A DNA stretch of 64,000 nucleotides from an uncultured Rickettsiales bacterium (GTDB lineage: Bacteria; Pseudomonadota; Alphaproteobacteria; Rickettsiales; SXRF01), in the NCBI GenBank assembly GCA_964575095.1, contig CAZNPA010000002.1:101204-165203 (forward strand), in the 5' to 3' direction. Below the pieces are notes generated by a model. It was not told where the DNA came from, made no database searches, and saw only the letters and a program-made list of their open reading frames with translations. The stretch's first letter is position 1. Each line of letters opens with the position of its first letter. The translations under genes and the position numbers were made by a program. Shown here one piece after another: positions 19,226 through 28,878 of this stretch.

Positions 19226-19834
19226 ATGAACTTGTTGCCTTTAAAGCAGCTTTTGGCCAGACACGGCATCAGCCAGACCGATCTCGCGCATATTTTAGGG
19301 CGCGATAAGGCGGTGATTACCAACCTTTTTCAGGGAAAAAGGCGGCTTAAGGCCGATGAAGCCATGGTGATTGCGCGACGTATCGGCGTGCCGGTGGCGC
19401 AGATTCTGGGCATACAGGAGCAGCGCGGCGGCCTTAATGAACCGCCGCTCTTGATTCCGTTCCAGCATGAGCCGCAGTCGGGTAAGAAACTGGCCAACGT
19501 CGTCAAAAAAGAGGGGAAATTCTATCTTGAAATAGAGGAAAGCAAAGGCTATTCGCCCAAGGCCTATGCACTCGAAGCACGCGACGACAGCATGAACCTC
19601 TCCGGCATTTTACCCGGCGATATCGTGATTTCTGAGCTTGACCGCGCCTGCAAGCGCGGGCAAATCGTCGTCGCCCAGCATTACCAGGGCCGCGGCGCCA
19701 AAACCATCCTGCGCCTGTACGAGCCGCCGTTTCTAATGCCGCATTCGACCACGGCGTCGTTCAAGCCAATCCATCTCGATAAAGAAGAAGCGCGCGTCAT
19801 CTCGCCGGTCGTGAAATTGATACGGGGATATTAG
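19226..19834 (+). CDS. XRE-family HTH / S24 (CI/LexA-like) transcriptional regulator
   Basis: N-terminal HTH (GISQTDLAHILG.DKAVIT.L..GKRRL); C-terminal S24-like AYAL.ARDDSM...GILPGDIVI. AGGAGG RBS. Confidence 0.85.
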   Translation: MNLLPLKQLLARHGISQTDLAHILGRDKAVITNLFQGKRRLKADEAMVIARRIGVPVAQILGIQEQRGGLNEPPLLIPFQHEPQSGKKLANVVKKEGKFYLEIEESKGYSPKAYALEARDDSMNLSGILPGDIVISELDRACKRGQIVVAQHYQGRGAKTILRLYEPPFLMPHSTTASFKPIHLDKEEARVISPVVKLIRGY

Positions 19835-19854
19835 TAATTGGTCATTGAAAAGAG

Positions 19855-19925
19855 GGTAATTGGAAAAAAGGTAATTAGTAATTGGAAATAGCATTCCAAT
19901 TACCACCTTTCCAATTACTAATTAC
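19855..19925. repeat. Inverted GTAATT-based repeat array between convergent genes
   Basis: 18-bp perfect IR gtaattagtaattggaaa (19871-19888) / tttccaattactaattac (19908-19925), with extra ggtaattgg units. Confidence 0.85.
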
Positions 19926-19927
19926 GC

Positions 19928-20344
19928 CTACTCTTCATCAATATACTGCTTTTCCATTTTCTCGTGGCGTTCCTGCGCCTCGATGGTCATGGTGGCGATG
20001 GGGCGTGCTTCGAGGCGTTTCAGGCCGATCGGGTCGCCGGTTTCTTCGCAGAAGCCGTATTCGCCTTTTTCAATGCGCTTTAAGGCGGAGTCGATCTTGC
20101 CGATGAGTTTTAAATAGCGGTTGCGCGTCCTGAGTTCGACACCGGCTTCGGTTTCGAGCGAGGCGCGGTCGGATAAATCGGGCTCGCGCCAGTTTTCTTC
20201 CTTTAAATTATTGATGGTTTCCTGCGATTCGGCCAACAATTCCTCACGCCATTTGAACAGTTTCTGGCGGAAATATTCCAGCTGCGGCGCGCTCATGTAT
20301 TTTTCTTTTTCGGTCGGCTTGTAGTCCTTAGATATCCTCGTCAT
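19928..20344 (-). CDS. dksA: RNA polymerase-binding transcription factor DksA
   Basis: YMS..QLEYFRQKL, PDLSDRAS.ET, LRTRNR..KLI.KI, EYGFCEETGDPIGLKRLEARP. Confidence 0.97.
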   Translation of the reverse strand: MTRISKDYKPTEKEKYMSAPQLEYFRQKLFKWREELLAESQETINNLKEENWREPDLSDRASLETEAGVELRTRNRYLKLIGKIDSALKRIEKGEYGFCEETGDPIGLKRLEARPIATMTIEAQERHEKMEKQYIDEE

Positions 20345-20413
20345 GCGGTACCTCGGTTACAGGTTCATTTTTTTTGGATTTGGCTGTATAGCAAAGCCGG
20401 GACAAAAAGCAAC

Positions 20414-20863
20414 TTATTCCGCTGCTTTTGCGTTTGCCATCTCCAGCTTCGCCAGCTCCACCGCGACGCGAAGCTCGATGTCCTCGATGAGCTCGGTCAG
20501 CCGCGGGTCGGCAACAGATTGTTTCTGAACGGAAAGTTGACGGCGCAAATCGACCAGCGTTGCGCCGGGGATAACGCCGGCCAGAAGCTGCTGCCGTAGC
20601 TTCTCCAGCGAATACAGCATATTATTACCTTGCAGCGCCAGTTTCCGGCGCCGCAATTCCTCTTCGGTGATTTCCTGCAGCAGCAGCATGTTGCTGACGG
20701 CAGCCGTCGCGGCGACGTCGCCGGGTTGCGCCACGGCCAGCGGCTCGTCGCTGCCCGACATTTCCAGTAATTCGGAAAAGGATTTTACGCCGGAGCTGGC
20801 AGAGGTTCTTTTCGTGCCGCCTGCCGATTTGACCGGACCATAGCCGCTGATTTTGGTGAGCAT
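20414..20863 (-). CDS. fliX: Flagellar assembly regulator FliX
   Basis: LLLQEI, G..ML..LEKLR..LL, DPRL..LIEDIELRVAVELAKL; sits between dksA and divergent flgI as in Caulobacter. Confidence 0.85.
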   Translation of the reverse strand: MLTKISGYGPVKSAGGTKRTSASSGVKSFSELLEMSGSDEPLAVAQPGDVAATAAVSNMLLLQEITEEELRRRKLALQGNNMLYSLEKLRQQLLAGVIPGATLVDLRRQLSVQKQSVADPRLTELIEDIELRVAVELAKLEMANAKAAE

Positions 20864-20963
20864 AATGGCACATTATCGCACCAAAAACGCAACTTCACTA
20901 ATCTTTTTATACCAAAATCCGTACGGAAAAAAATGCCTAGCATTTTTTGCCACTGACCACCCC

Positions 20964-20978
20964 GGGCAATGCTTGCCG
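20964..20978. promoter_or_regulatory. ftr-like (FlbD) enhancer site
   Basis: GGGC-N7-GCCG within cccgggcaatgcttgccggg, ~45 bp upstream of the sigma54 box of flgI. Confidence 0.4.
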
Positions 20979-21020
20979 GGTAATATGCTGAAATAAAGCA
21001 TGATTTGTTGCTGTCGGAAC

Positions 21021-21036
21021 TGGCACGGGAATCGCA
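21021..21036 (+). promoter_or_regulatory. sigma54 promoter (flgI operon)
   Basis: TGGCAC-GGGAA-TCGCA; GG-N10-GC spacing exact. Confidence 0.7.
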
Positions 21037-21116
21037 ATGATATTGGAGACAATAATTCTGGCAGAGGTTTTTTTATGACATATCCATGCCGTAGCATTTC
21101 CTGGGGTGACAAGACG

Positions 21117-22241
21117 ATGGTAAAGCCGTCGCGCCTTGATCTTGAGGCCATGGTCGTGCGCTTCGTCGTTTCGCCGTTGCTGTTCTTGGTCATTCTTTCG
21201 ACCTATCTTTTGTGGTGCGGCAATGCGCATGCGGCAGCGCGGCTCAAGGACATCGTCAATTTCGAGGGCGTGCGCGAAAATATTCTGATGGGCTACGGTC
21301 TGGTGGTGGGCCTGAGCGGCACCGGCGATAAATTGCAGAACAACGCCTTCACCGAACAATCCCTCATCGCGTTCTTGGAACGTCAGGGCGTCAATACGCG
21401 CGGCGCGTCGCTTAAAAGCAAGAACGTCGCGGCGGTGACGGTCACCGCCTCGATGCCGGCGTTCTCGCGCAGCGGCGCGCATATCGATGTCACTGTCAGC
21501 ACCATGGGCGACGCCACCAGCCTTGCCGGCGGCGTATTGCTGGCGACGCCGCTCCTTGGCGCCGACGGCGAGGTCTATGCCGTAGCGCAGGGGCAGGTCT
21601 CCATCGGCGGGTTTAAATCCGCCTCAGACGCCAGCAGCGTCACCGCTAACAAAGGCGTGCAGACCTCAGGCTTTGTAACCGGCGGCGCTATCATCGAAAA
21701 AGAAGTGGAGTTCGCGCTTAACAGCCTGCCTGAATTAAAGCTCAGCCTGCGCAACCCGGATATTTCCACGGCGCAACGCGTGTCCGAAAGCATCAATTCC
21801 GAAATCGGGCCGGGCGTGGCTCAAGTCACTGATCCGGGAACGGTCGTGCTTACCGTTCCTGCGGTGTACCATAACAACGCCGTACAGCTCTTATCCGAAA
21901 TCGAAAAACTTCCGGTCGAAACCGACCAGTCGGCCAAAATCGTGATCGACGAAGCCTCCGGCACCATCGTCATGGGCGAAAATGTGCGCATTGATACGGT
22001 GGCGGTGGCGCAGGGCAATCTGGTGGTAAAAATCGAGGAGAAAGCGGATGGCAGCGCTGAACCCATCGCCGCCTCCGATGCTCCGCCCGGCAAGCGCGTG
22101 GCGCTGCTGAATCGCGGCGCGACGCTGAAGGACCTGGTATCGGGGCTGAATGCGCTGGGCGTCAACCCGCGCGACCTGATTACAATATTGCAAACGATCA
22201 AAGCCTCCGGCGCGCTGCAGGCGGAAATACAGGCGAGATAG
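21117..22241 (+). CDS. flgI: Flagellar P-ring protein
   Basis: ARLKDIV..EGVREN.L.GYGLVVGL.GTGD, NVAAVTVTA, LLATPL.GADG.VYAVAQG. Start uncertain (21075/21117/21150). Confidence 0.95.
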   Translation: MVKPSRLDLEAMVVRFVVSPLLFLVILSTYLLWCGNAHAAARLKDIVNFEGVRENILMGYGLVVGLSGTGDKLQNNAFTEQSLIAFLERQGVNTRGASLKSKNVAAVTVTASMPAFSRSGAHIDVTVSTMGDATSLAGGVLLATPLLGADGEVYAVAQGQVSIGGFKSASDASSVTANKGVQTSGFVTGGAIIEKEVEFALNSLPELKLSLRNPDISTAQRVSESINSEIGPGVAQVTDPGTVVLTVPAVYHNNAVQLLSEIEKLPVETDQSAKIVIDEASGTIVMGENVRIDTVAVAQGNLVVKIEEKADGSAEPIAASDAPPGKRVALLNRGATLKDLVSGLNALGVNPRDLITILQTIKASGALQAEIQAR

Positions 22242-22242
22242 T

Positions 22243-22596
22243 ATGAGCATCAACGCCGGCGCTGCCGCAACCTTGCTCACCAATGGCCAGAATCAAGCGC
22301 TGGCAGCCGCTTCGCGCATGACGCATCACAGCCTGCTGCAGCGCGTCCGGCCGATGACCGATCTGGAGGCAAGCCGTGCGGCGCAGGATTTTGAATCGAT
22401 GTTTGTCGCGCAGATGCTGGAGCCGATGTTCGGTGATTCGGTCGGCGAAGAGCTCTTCGGCGATAAAGATACGCAGGACGTCTACAAAACCCTGCTCATG
22501 GACGAATACGGCAAGCTAATCGCCAGGGCCGGTGGCATAGGAATTGCAAGTACAGTGAAGAAGGAACTGCTTTCATTACAGGAGGTACAGTCATGA
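22243..22596 (+). CDS. flgJ: FlgJ-like rod-binding protein (no muramidase domain)
   Basis: AAQDFESMFVAQML..MF, VYKTLLMDEYGK.IA..GGIGIA. Confidence 0.85.
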   Translation: MSINAGAAATLLTNGQNQALAAASRMTHHSLLQRVRPMTDLEASRAAQDFESMFVAQMLEPMFGDSVGEELFGDKDTQDVYKTLLMDEYGKLIARAGGIGIASTVKKELLSLQEVQS

Positions 22597-23051
22597 GCAC
22601 CCATACGAATCCGGCGGCGGAGACGCAGCCTAAGATCGATATTCAGAGCGTCATTACGCTGACGGCGCGTCTGGCGCAGCTTCTGGCCGAAGAGGTGGAT
22701 CTGCTGTCAGAGATGAAAGTCTCGAAGATCGAAGCCCTGCAGCAGGAAAAACTGTTTCTGGTCGGCGCGCTCGAATCGCAGCGCAAGCTGGTGGACAAGC
22801 ACCCCTACCTCGTCGATACCATTCCGTCGCAGGACAAGAAGGATCTGCAGGAGGTGGTCGATATCTTCAACACCATCCTCGAGGAGAATCACCGCAAGCT
22901 GCTTTTAGCCAAGGAGATCAACCACAAGATCGTTCAGGCGATCACGCAGGTGGTCAAGGAAAGCACGCAGAGCAAAAGCTACGACGGGCAGGGCATCAAC
23001 GGCTCCGCGCCTTTCGAAACATTGTCGGTAACGCTCAACAGTACCGCGTAG
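22593..23051 (+). CDS. FlgN-like flagellar export chaperone
   Basis: Helical ~150-aa protein (LLAEE..LL, K..L, L.EN..KL) directly before flgK. Confidence 0.65.
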   Translation: MSTHTNPAAETQPKIDIQSVITLTARLAQLLAEEVDLLSEMKVSKIEALQQEKLFLVGALESQRKLVDKHPYLVDTIPSQDKKDLQEVVDIFNTILEENHRKLLLAKEINHKIVQAITQVVKESTQSKSYDGQGINGSAPFETLSVTLNSTA

Positions 23052-23072
23052 CCGGAGCAGGGGGATTGATCC

Positions 23073-25787
23073 GTGAGTCTTAGCCTTGCATTAAACACCG
23101 CGCTTTCCGGCCTCAACGTCAACCAGCAGGCGCTGGCGGTCTTGTCGCAGAATATCGCCAACGCCAACACGCCGGGCTATAGCCGCAAGATTATCAACCT
23201 GCGGGCGCAGTCAACCGATGGCAACGGCAGCGGCGTCAGCATCGACAGTATCACCCGCCGCGTCAACGAGTTCCTGATCCAGTCGATACGTTCGCAGAAT
23301 TCGGTGTCCGGACGCGCCAGCATCATCAACGATTTTTCCGGCCGCACGCAGCTGATGCTGGGCAATCCCGGCGCAAACAACAGTCTGAACGCCTATGCCA
23401 CCGGCTTTTTCAACACCATGCAGTCGTTGGCGCAAACGCCGGAAGATACGTCGCTCAAGGCCAGCACCATCAGTAACGCCGTGACCATGGCGCGGCACAT
23501 CAGCGATCTGGCGGGAAACCTACAAGATTTGCGCTTTCAGGCCGACCAGAGCATCAGCTCCTCCATCACCACCATCAACGGCAATCTCAAGCAGATTTAT
23601 AATTTGAACTCCATCATCACCCAGAACATCTCGCTCGGAAAACCGGTTACCGAACAGCAGGACCAGCGTGACATGCTGCTCAAGGATATTGCAAACTACA
23701 TGAACATCGAGACGTTCAACCGTCCCGACGGCGCGATCAACGTCTCGTGCGCCGCCGCCGTCCTTGTCGATGAAGGCCTGTACCAGCTCGCCTACACGCC
23801 GGCTGCTTCCGCGTCAGCTCTGGCCAACGATACACCGCTGGCACCCATCCTGGCGTATCGCCTCGACAGCGACGGCAACCCTTCCGGCGCCGGCACGACG
23901 CTGGTTTCCGGCGGTACGAGCTCACAGGTCGTCGGCAGCATCACCAGCGGCCAGATTAAAGGCCTGCTCGATCTGCGCGACAAGCAACTTTCCAGCATGT
24001 TGCAGCAGCTCGACACCTTCGCCGTCACCCTGCGCGATAAAGTCAACGCCGTCCATAACGCCGGCACCAGCTACCCCGGCACCAATGCCCTGACCGGCAT
24101 GCGCGAGGTTTCGCCGCAGGAAACCACCGAATGGACCGGCCGCATGCGTCTGGCCATATTAGGCGCGAGCGGCCAGCCAGTCCTTGCCGGATATTCCGGC
24201 CAGATGCTGACGCCGATGACGCTTGACCTCGGTTCGCTCGACACCGGCAACGGTCCCGGCCAGCCTTCGGTGCAGGGCATCATCAACGAGATCAATCAGT
24301 ATTATGGCATCCCGCAGAACAAGGCGCAGGTCGGCAACCTGAACAATATACAGCTTGCCTCCGACGTGAGAAGCCTGCCCGGCTCGCCGCCGATTTTCAA
24401 ATTCGATCTCGATCTGGAAAATCTCTCCGCCACCACCTCACACGTCTATGTAACCGGCGTCTCGGTGCTCGACGACACCAGCGCCGCGATGACGGTGACG
24501 CAAAGTCCGTCCTCGATCGACATCGACGGCAGCAACAGTTTCGTCACGTCGAACGGCAGCGGCATCGTCACCATCAATACCGACGGTGCGCACGGGCTGG
24601 CCAACGGCGATAACATCCTGCTGCCCGACCTCGCCACTCTCACCACCGCCGTCAACCCCGCTGCCGACATCAACGGCATCCCGCTGACCGAGCTCGCCGG
24701 CAAAACTTTTACCATCAGCAACGTCACCTCCACCAGTTTTCAGATCACCGCGACATCGTCCGCCAGCGCCAGCGGTAACGTCGACGCCGTCGGCGGCACG
24801 TTCATGCCGGAATATTCGGAAGTGGCCGCCGGACAATCGAAACGCACCACCGCCGACGGCATGATCATCACCAGTCTGGCCGCCAACCAGACCTCGGCCT
24901 ACTACACGGTCACGGTCGACGTCACCGTCGACGACGGCGATGGCAACATCACGACATCGCAGGTGACCTACCGTGTTGATAATTCGCAAAGCAACCTCCT
25001 CAACAAACGTTACGCTGCCACCGGGGTTACCGACGATGGCGAGTTGCTGCTGCCGACCAGCAACCAGACGCTCGCCCGCGCCATCCTGGTCGATGAGAAC
25101 GGTGTTGAGCTGCCCAGAATCAACGGACAGTACCCGTCCACCCGGTCGGGTTTTCTTAAAATTCTCGCCACGAACAGCGCCTATACGGTGGCCATCGACA
25201 GTTTGGACAGTGCCGATCAGGGTAATGCCGACAGCAGCATTGCCGCCACCAGCCGCGGCTTTTCGCACTATTTCGGCCTCAACAATTTCTTTGATGATGA
25301 CGGCGATCCGGCGATCGCAGGTAGCGCCATCAACCTGCGGGTGACGCAACGCCTGATCGACAACCCCAACCTGATTTCCACCAGCACGCTGAGCCAAAGC
25401 AGAAGCTCCGCAGACGACCCGGTCTATACCTATGAGCACAACATCGGTGACAACGATATCATCCAGCAGATGTACAGCCTCGGTCTGGCAACGACGACGT
25501 TCGCCGCCGCCGGCGGCCTCGGCGCCACCGTGCAGACTTTCAGCGGCTACGCCAGCCAGATCATCAGCACTGCCGCCGTCAACGCCCTGTCCGCCAAGAA
25601 CGACGATGTGAACGCCCAGACCCTGCTCAACGGCTACGATCAGCAGGAAAATTCCATCAGCGGCGTCAATCTAGATCAGGAACTGGGTAATACCGTCATC
25701 TATCAGAACGCTTACGCCGCGTCGGCGCGTGTCGTCACCGTCGCCAACACGCTGTTCGACGCGCTGCTGCAGGCATTCAATAGTTAA
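23073..25787 (+). CDS. flgK: Hook-associated protein 1 (very long, 904 aa)
   Basis: SQNIANANTPGYSRK N-terminus; SGVNLDQELGN..IYQNAYAASARV C-terminus. GTG start. Confidence 0.95.
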   Translation: MSLSLALNTALSGLNVNQQALAVLSQNIANANTPGYSRKIINLRAQSTDGNGSGVSIDSITRRVNEFLIQSIRSQNSVSGRASIINDFSGRTQLMLGNPGANNSLNAYATGFFNTMQSLAQTPEDTSLKASTISNAVTMARHISDLAGNLQDLRFQADQSISSSITTINGNLKQIYNLNSIITQNISLGKPVTEQQDQRDMLLKDIANYMNIETFNRPDGAINVSCAAAVLVDEGLYQLAYTPAASASALANDTPLAPILAYRLDSDGNPSGAGTTLVSGGTSSQVVGSITSGQIKGLLDLRDKQLSSMLQQLDTFAVTLRDKVNAVHNAGTSYPGTNALTGMREVSPQETTEWTGRMRLAILGASGQPVLAGYSGQMLTPMTLDLGSLDTGNGPGQPSVQGIINEINQYYGIPQNKAQVGNLNNIQLASDVRSLPGSPPIFKFDLDLENLSATTSHVYVTGVSVLDDTSAAMTVTQSPSSIDIDGSNSFVTSNGSGIVTINTDGAHGLANGDNILLPDLATLTTAVNPAADINGIPLTELAGKTFTISNVTSTSFQITATSSASASGNVDAVGGTFMPEYSEVAAGQSKRTTADGMIITSLAANQTSAYYTVTVDVTVDDGDGNITTSQVTYRVDNSQSNLLNKRYAATGVTDDGELLLPTSNQTLARAILVDENGVELPRINGQYPSTRSGFLKILATNSAYTVAIDSLDSADQGNADSSIAATSRGFSHYFGLNNFFDDDGDPAIAGSAINLRVTQRLIDNPNLISTSTLSQSRSSADDPVYTYEHNIGDNDIIQQMYSLGLATTTFAAAGGLGATVQTFSGYASQIISTAAVNALSAKNDDVNAQTLLNGYDQQENSISGVNLDQELGNTVIYQNAYAASARVVTVANTLFDALLQAFNS

Positions 25788-25804
25788 AACCGGAAGGGAA
25801 CGTT

Positions 25805-26737
25805 ATGACCGTGGACCGCATCAGCAGCTACAATCTCGTACAGAGCACGCTGATTAACGTCGGCAAGGCGCAGGCTGAACTCGCGAACCAGCAGATTCAG
25901 CTTTCCAGCGGGTTCAAATCCCAGGATTTCGCCGGCATCTCAGGCCAGGCGGTGCAATATTTGCAGTTGCAGGACAAGCTCGCGCGTACGGACAACTATA
26001 TAAGCAACAACACGCTCATCAAGCCCCGCCTTGATACCACCAGCACCATACTCGATCAGGTCATTAACACCGCCACCAGCCTGCAGAATATTATCTCACA
26101 GCACATAGGCGATACGGAAGACACAGGCGGCGGCGCCGTCTTCGACACGCAGCTGCATAATTTGTGGCAAACGCTGATCAGCCAGCTCAATACCACGCTG
26201 GAAGGGCGCTACCTGTTCAGTGGCAGCGCCACCTCGACACCCGCTGTCGATGCTAATAACTTCCCGACTTTACTGGATCCGGATACGCCGACGCCCGATG
26301 ACGGCTACTACCTTGGCAACCAGAACGACCTTACCGTCCGCGCCAGCGACAGCGTGCAGTTCACCTACAACGTACGCGCCGATGCGCCTGGGTTCCAGAA
26401 AATCTTCGCCGGACTGGCCATGGCGCAGCTGGGTGACAGCCTTCCCGGCGACGCCGGCGATGCCAAGATGGCGATTGCCGAAGATCTGGTGCAGGCGGGG
26501 TTGAAAGAAGTGATCACCATACGGGCGCAGGTGCATGCGAATTCGGTCGCATTGAATAACATCAATAGCGATCTGGGCGCCCAGACTGCTTATTTTAATG
26601 GGGTCAGGGACAACCTTGTCAATACCGATCTGGTCTCCGTATCGACGCAGGTGGCGGTCAATCAGGGCATATTGCAGGCATCATTTCAGGCCTTTGCCCG
26701 CATTACTTCCTTGCAGCTTTCGAATTTTTTACGCTAA
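25805..26737 (+). CDS. flgL: Hook-associated protein 3
   Basis: Follows flgK; LSSGFKS, EGRYLFSGSAT.TPAV, QASFQAFARI..LQLSNFL. Confidence 0.9.
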   Translation: MTVDRISSYNLVQSTLINVGKAQAELANQQIQLSSGFKSQDFAGISGQAVQYLQLQDKLARTDNYISNNTLIKPRLDTTSTILDQVINTATSLQNIISQHIGDTEDTGGGAVFDTQLHNLWQTLISQLNTTLEGRYLFSGSATSTPAVDANNFPTLLDPDTPTPDDGYYLGNQNDLTVRASDSVQFTYNVRADAPGFQKIFAGLAMAQLGDSLPGDAGDAKMAIAEDLVQAGLKEVITIRAQVHANSVALNNINSDLGAQTAYFNGVRDNLVNTDLVSVSTQVAVNQGILQASFQAFARITSLQLSNFLR

Positions 26738-26775
26738 ATTAGGACTCGTGGTATAGTATAAGGCAAAGGTATCGC

Positions 26776-27255
26776 ATGTTACATCCTCAGGCACCGGCTA
26801 GCGGCAATACGCTCCCTTTAGGGGTGGCGCAGGTCGTGCAATCACGCTTCGGCGATATCAGCGTTGATACCAGCAAAGCGCTGGTGTTTCCGCACGGGTT
26901 ATTGGGATTGCCGGATAAACTGAATTATGTGCTGGCCGGTTTCCCCAGCGAAAAGATGAAACAGTTCATGCTGCTGCAGTCGCTGGACGACAAGGCGCTG
27001 TCGTTCATCACTCTGCCGGTGGCGGCGGAAAACCCAATCCTGATTGCTGACGATATCAAGGCCGCCTGCCGTGAACTGCAAATCACCGAAACGAATCTTG
27101 GGTTGCTGCTGGTTGTAACCGTGCACCGTTCGCCGGGCACGGTAAAACTTTCGGTCAACGCCCGCGCGCCGATACTGATTGACGGCGCCCGCAGGCTGGG
27201 CGTGCAGCATGTCTTCCAGAACGACCGCTACAGCGTTCAGCACATGCTGAGTTAA
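26776..27255 (+). CDS. fliW: Flagellar assembly factor FliW
   Basis: SRFG.I, FPHGLLGL, FMLLQSLDD..LSFI, SVNARAPILI, QHVFQNDRYSVQH. Confidence 0.9.
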   Translation: MLHPQAPASGNTLPLGVAQVVQSRFGDISVDTSKALVFPHGLLGLPDKLNYVLAGFPSEKMKQFMLLQSLDDKALSFITLPVAAENPILIADDIKAACRELQITETNLGLLLVVTVHRSPGTVKLSVNARAPILIDGARRLGVQHVFQNDRYSVQHMLS

Positions 27256-27263
27256 ACAGCTCC

Positions 27264-28868
27264 ATGCAAACCGCCGCTGATTTATTTGCCCGGTATCGCG
27301 AGGCGGAAAAACTGCTCGCCGCCGGTGACCTGCAAAAAGCTGCCGGCCTTACTCAGGAAATACTCAGCGCCGACCCCGGCTTTGCCTACGGCTACCATCT
27401 TATGGCGTCGTGCTTCCGCGTCACCGGCGATCTCAATCAGGCGACCGCGTTTGCTGAAATGGCGGTTGCGCGTGCGCCGGAAGTCGCCCTGTTTCATATG
27501 GCGTTGGGGCAGATACGCATCATACAGAAAGATTGGAAAGCAGCGACGGCCGACTTTAAAAGAGCGCACCAGATCGAACCGCGCCATCCGATGCATCTGC
27601 TGCTGCTGGCGCATGCGCAGGCAGAGCAGGGCAACTACCTGGAGGCATTGAAATTATGCGACCGCGCCCGTGCCTGCGCCGATATCCCCCTGGTTGATGA
27701 ATACGAAGGCGGTTTCCGGATGAGTCTTGGCGATTACGCCGCCGCTGAGAATTTTTTCGACCGGCTGATCGAGCGCGAGCCGAAGAGCGAGAAAGGCTAT
27801 GCTCACAAAGCTGAGCTGTTTCTCCGTCTGGGCCGCCATGAAGACGCCGAGGAATACTTCATTAAGGCCCTCGGCATCAATCCGAAATCCTATGAAGTCC
27901 TGCAGGGCATGTCGCTGGTCCATTTTCATCGCCAGAAATTGCCCGAAGCCGCCGCTTTTGCCGCGCAAGCGGTGGCGATCAATCCGTTCGAATGGAAAAG
28001 CGCGATGCTGCTCGGAGAATTATGGCTGATAGACCGTAAATATGCTGCCGCTGAGCAAATGCTGAAAAAAGTATTGCTCCAGTGTCCCGACGACGTTCGC
28101 GCCAGACGCCATTTAATCACCGCCCTACTCGGGCAGCAGAAGAAAGACGAAGTCAGAGAGATGGTGAAGCAGGTATTAGCGAAAAAACCGGACGATCCGA
28201 TCCTCAAATATTTCGACGCCATGCTCAACGGCGAACACCTCAATACCGCGCCGCCGGAATATGTCGCTGGCCTGTTCGACAGTTACGCGGATGCCTTCGA
28301 CGGACATTTGCAGCTTCTGCAATATAACGTGCCGGTGGAAATAGCCGCTTTGCTACGACATTTAAATGCCGGAAGAACTGATTTGAGCTTGCTCGATCTG
28401 GGTTGCGGCACCGGCAAGATGGCCGAAGCCTGCAAGGAGTTCACCGGTCTTCGCGTCGGCGTCGATCTGGCGCCGAAGATGCTGGAGAAATCCAAGAACA
28501 AGCAGATCTATGACAGTCTGCATCATGCCGACATCGTGCAGTTCATGCGGGCAAGCGATCGCCGTTTCGATCTTATCACCGCCGCCGACGTTTTAGTTTA
28601 TGTCGGCGATCTGGCGGGGACCATGCAAGCAGTGCGGCGGATGATGAATAACGAAAGCCTGTTCGCATTTTCTATTGAGAGTGAAGACGGAGACGGCTTC
28701 CATCTCCATCCCACCGGCCGTTACAGCCATTCGCTGAATTATGTGCAGAAAACTGCGAGCGATGCGGGACTGGTGTTGGTAACGCGACAGGACGTCGTAT
28801 TGCGTATGGAAAATCAGGAACCGGTCGCCGGGTCGTTATTGATATTCAAAAAAACGCAAGTCAACTAA
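27264..28868 (+). CDS. TPR-repeat plus class I SAM-dependent methyltransferase
   Basis: ~300 aa of TPR helices, then YVAGLFDSYADAFD..L..L.Y.VP, LLDLGCGTG, GVDLAPKML, FDLITAADVLVYVGDL. Confidence 0.9.
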   Translation: MQTAADLFARYREAEKLLAAGDLQKAAGLTQEILSADPGFAYGYHLMASCFRVTGDLNQATAFAEMAVARAPEVALFHMALGQIRIIQKDWKAATADFKRAHQIEPRHPMHLLLLAHAQAEQGNYLEALKLCDRARACADIPLVDEYEGGFRMSLGDYAAAENFFDRLIEREPKSEKGYAHKAELFLRLGRHEDAEEYFIKALGINPKSYEVLQGMSLVHFHRQKLPEAAAFAAQAVAINPFEWKSAMLLGELWLIDRKYAAAEQMLKKVLLQCPDDVRARRHLITALLGQQKKDEVREMVKQVLAKKPDDPILKYFDAMLNGEHLNTAPPEYVAGLFDSYADAFDGHLQLLQYNVPVEIAALLRHLNAGRTDLSLLDLGCGTGKMAEACKEFTGLRVGVDLAPKMLEKSKNKQIYDSLHHADIVQFMRASDRRFDLITAADVLVYVGDLAGTMQAVRRMMNNESLFAFSIESEDGDGFHLHPTGRYSHSLNYVQKTASDAGLVLVTRQDVVLRMENQEPVAGSLLIFKKTQVN

Positions 28869-28878
28869 GTGCATCACT

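Noticed and set aside
18840-19925. Prophage around the CI-like gene
   Set aside because: No integrase, replication, structural or lysis genes; flanked directly by mrdA and dksA.
20866-20880. TGGCAC...CGCA as a second sigma54 promoter
   Set aside because: GG-to-GC spacing is 9, not the required 10.
22020-22100. FlgI seems ~15 aa shorter than typical in its C-terminal third
   Set aside because: The frame is intact and flanking motifs are conserved; cannot be distinguished from ordinary loop variation without an alignment.
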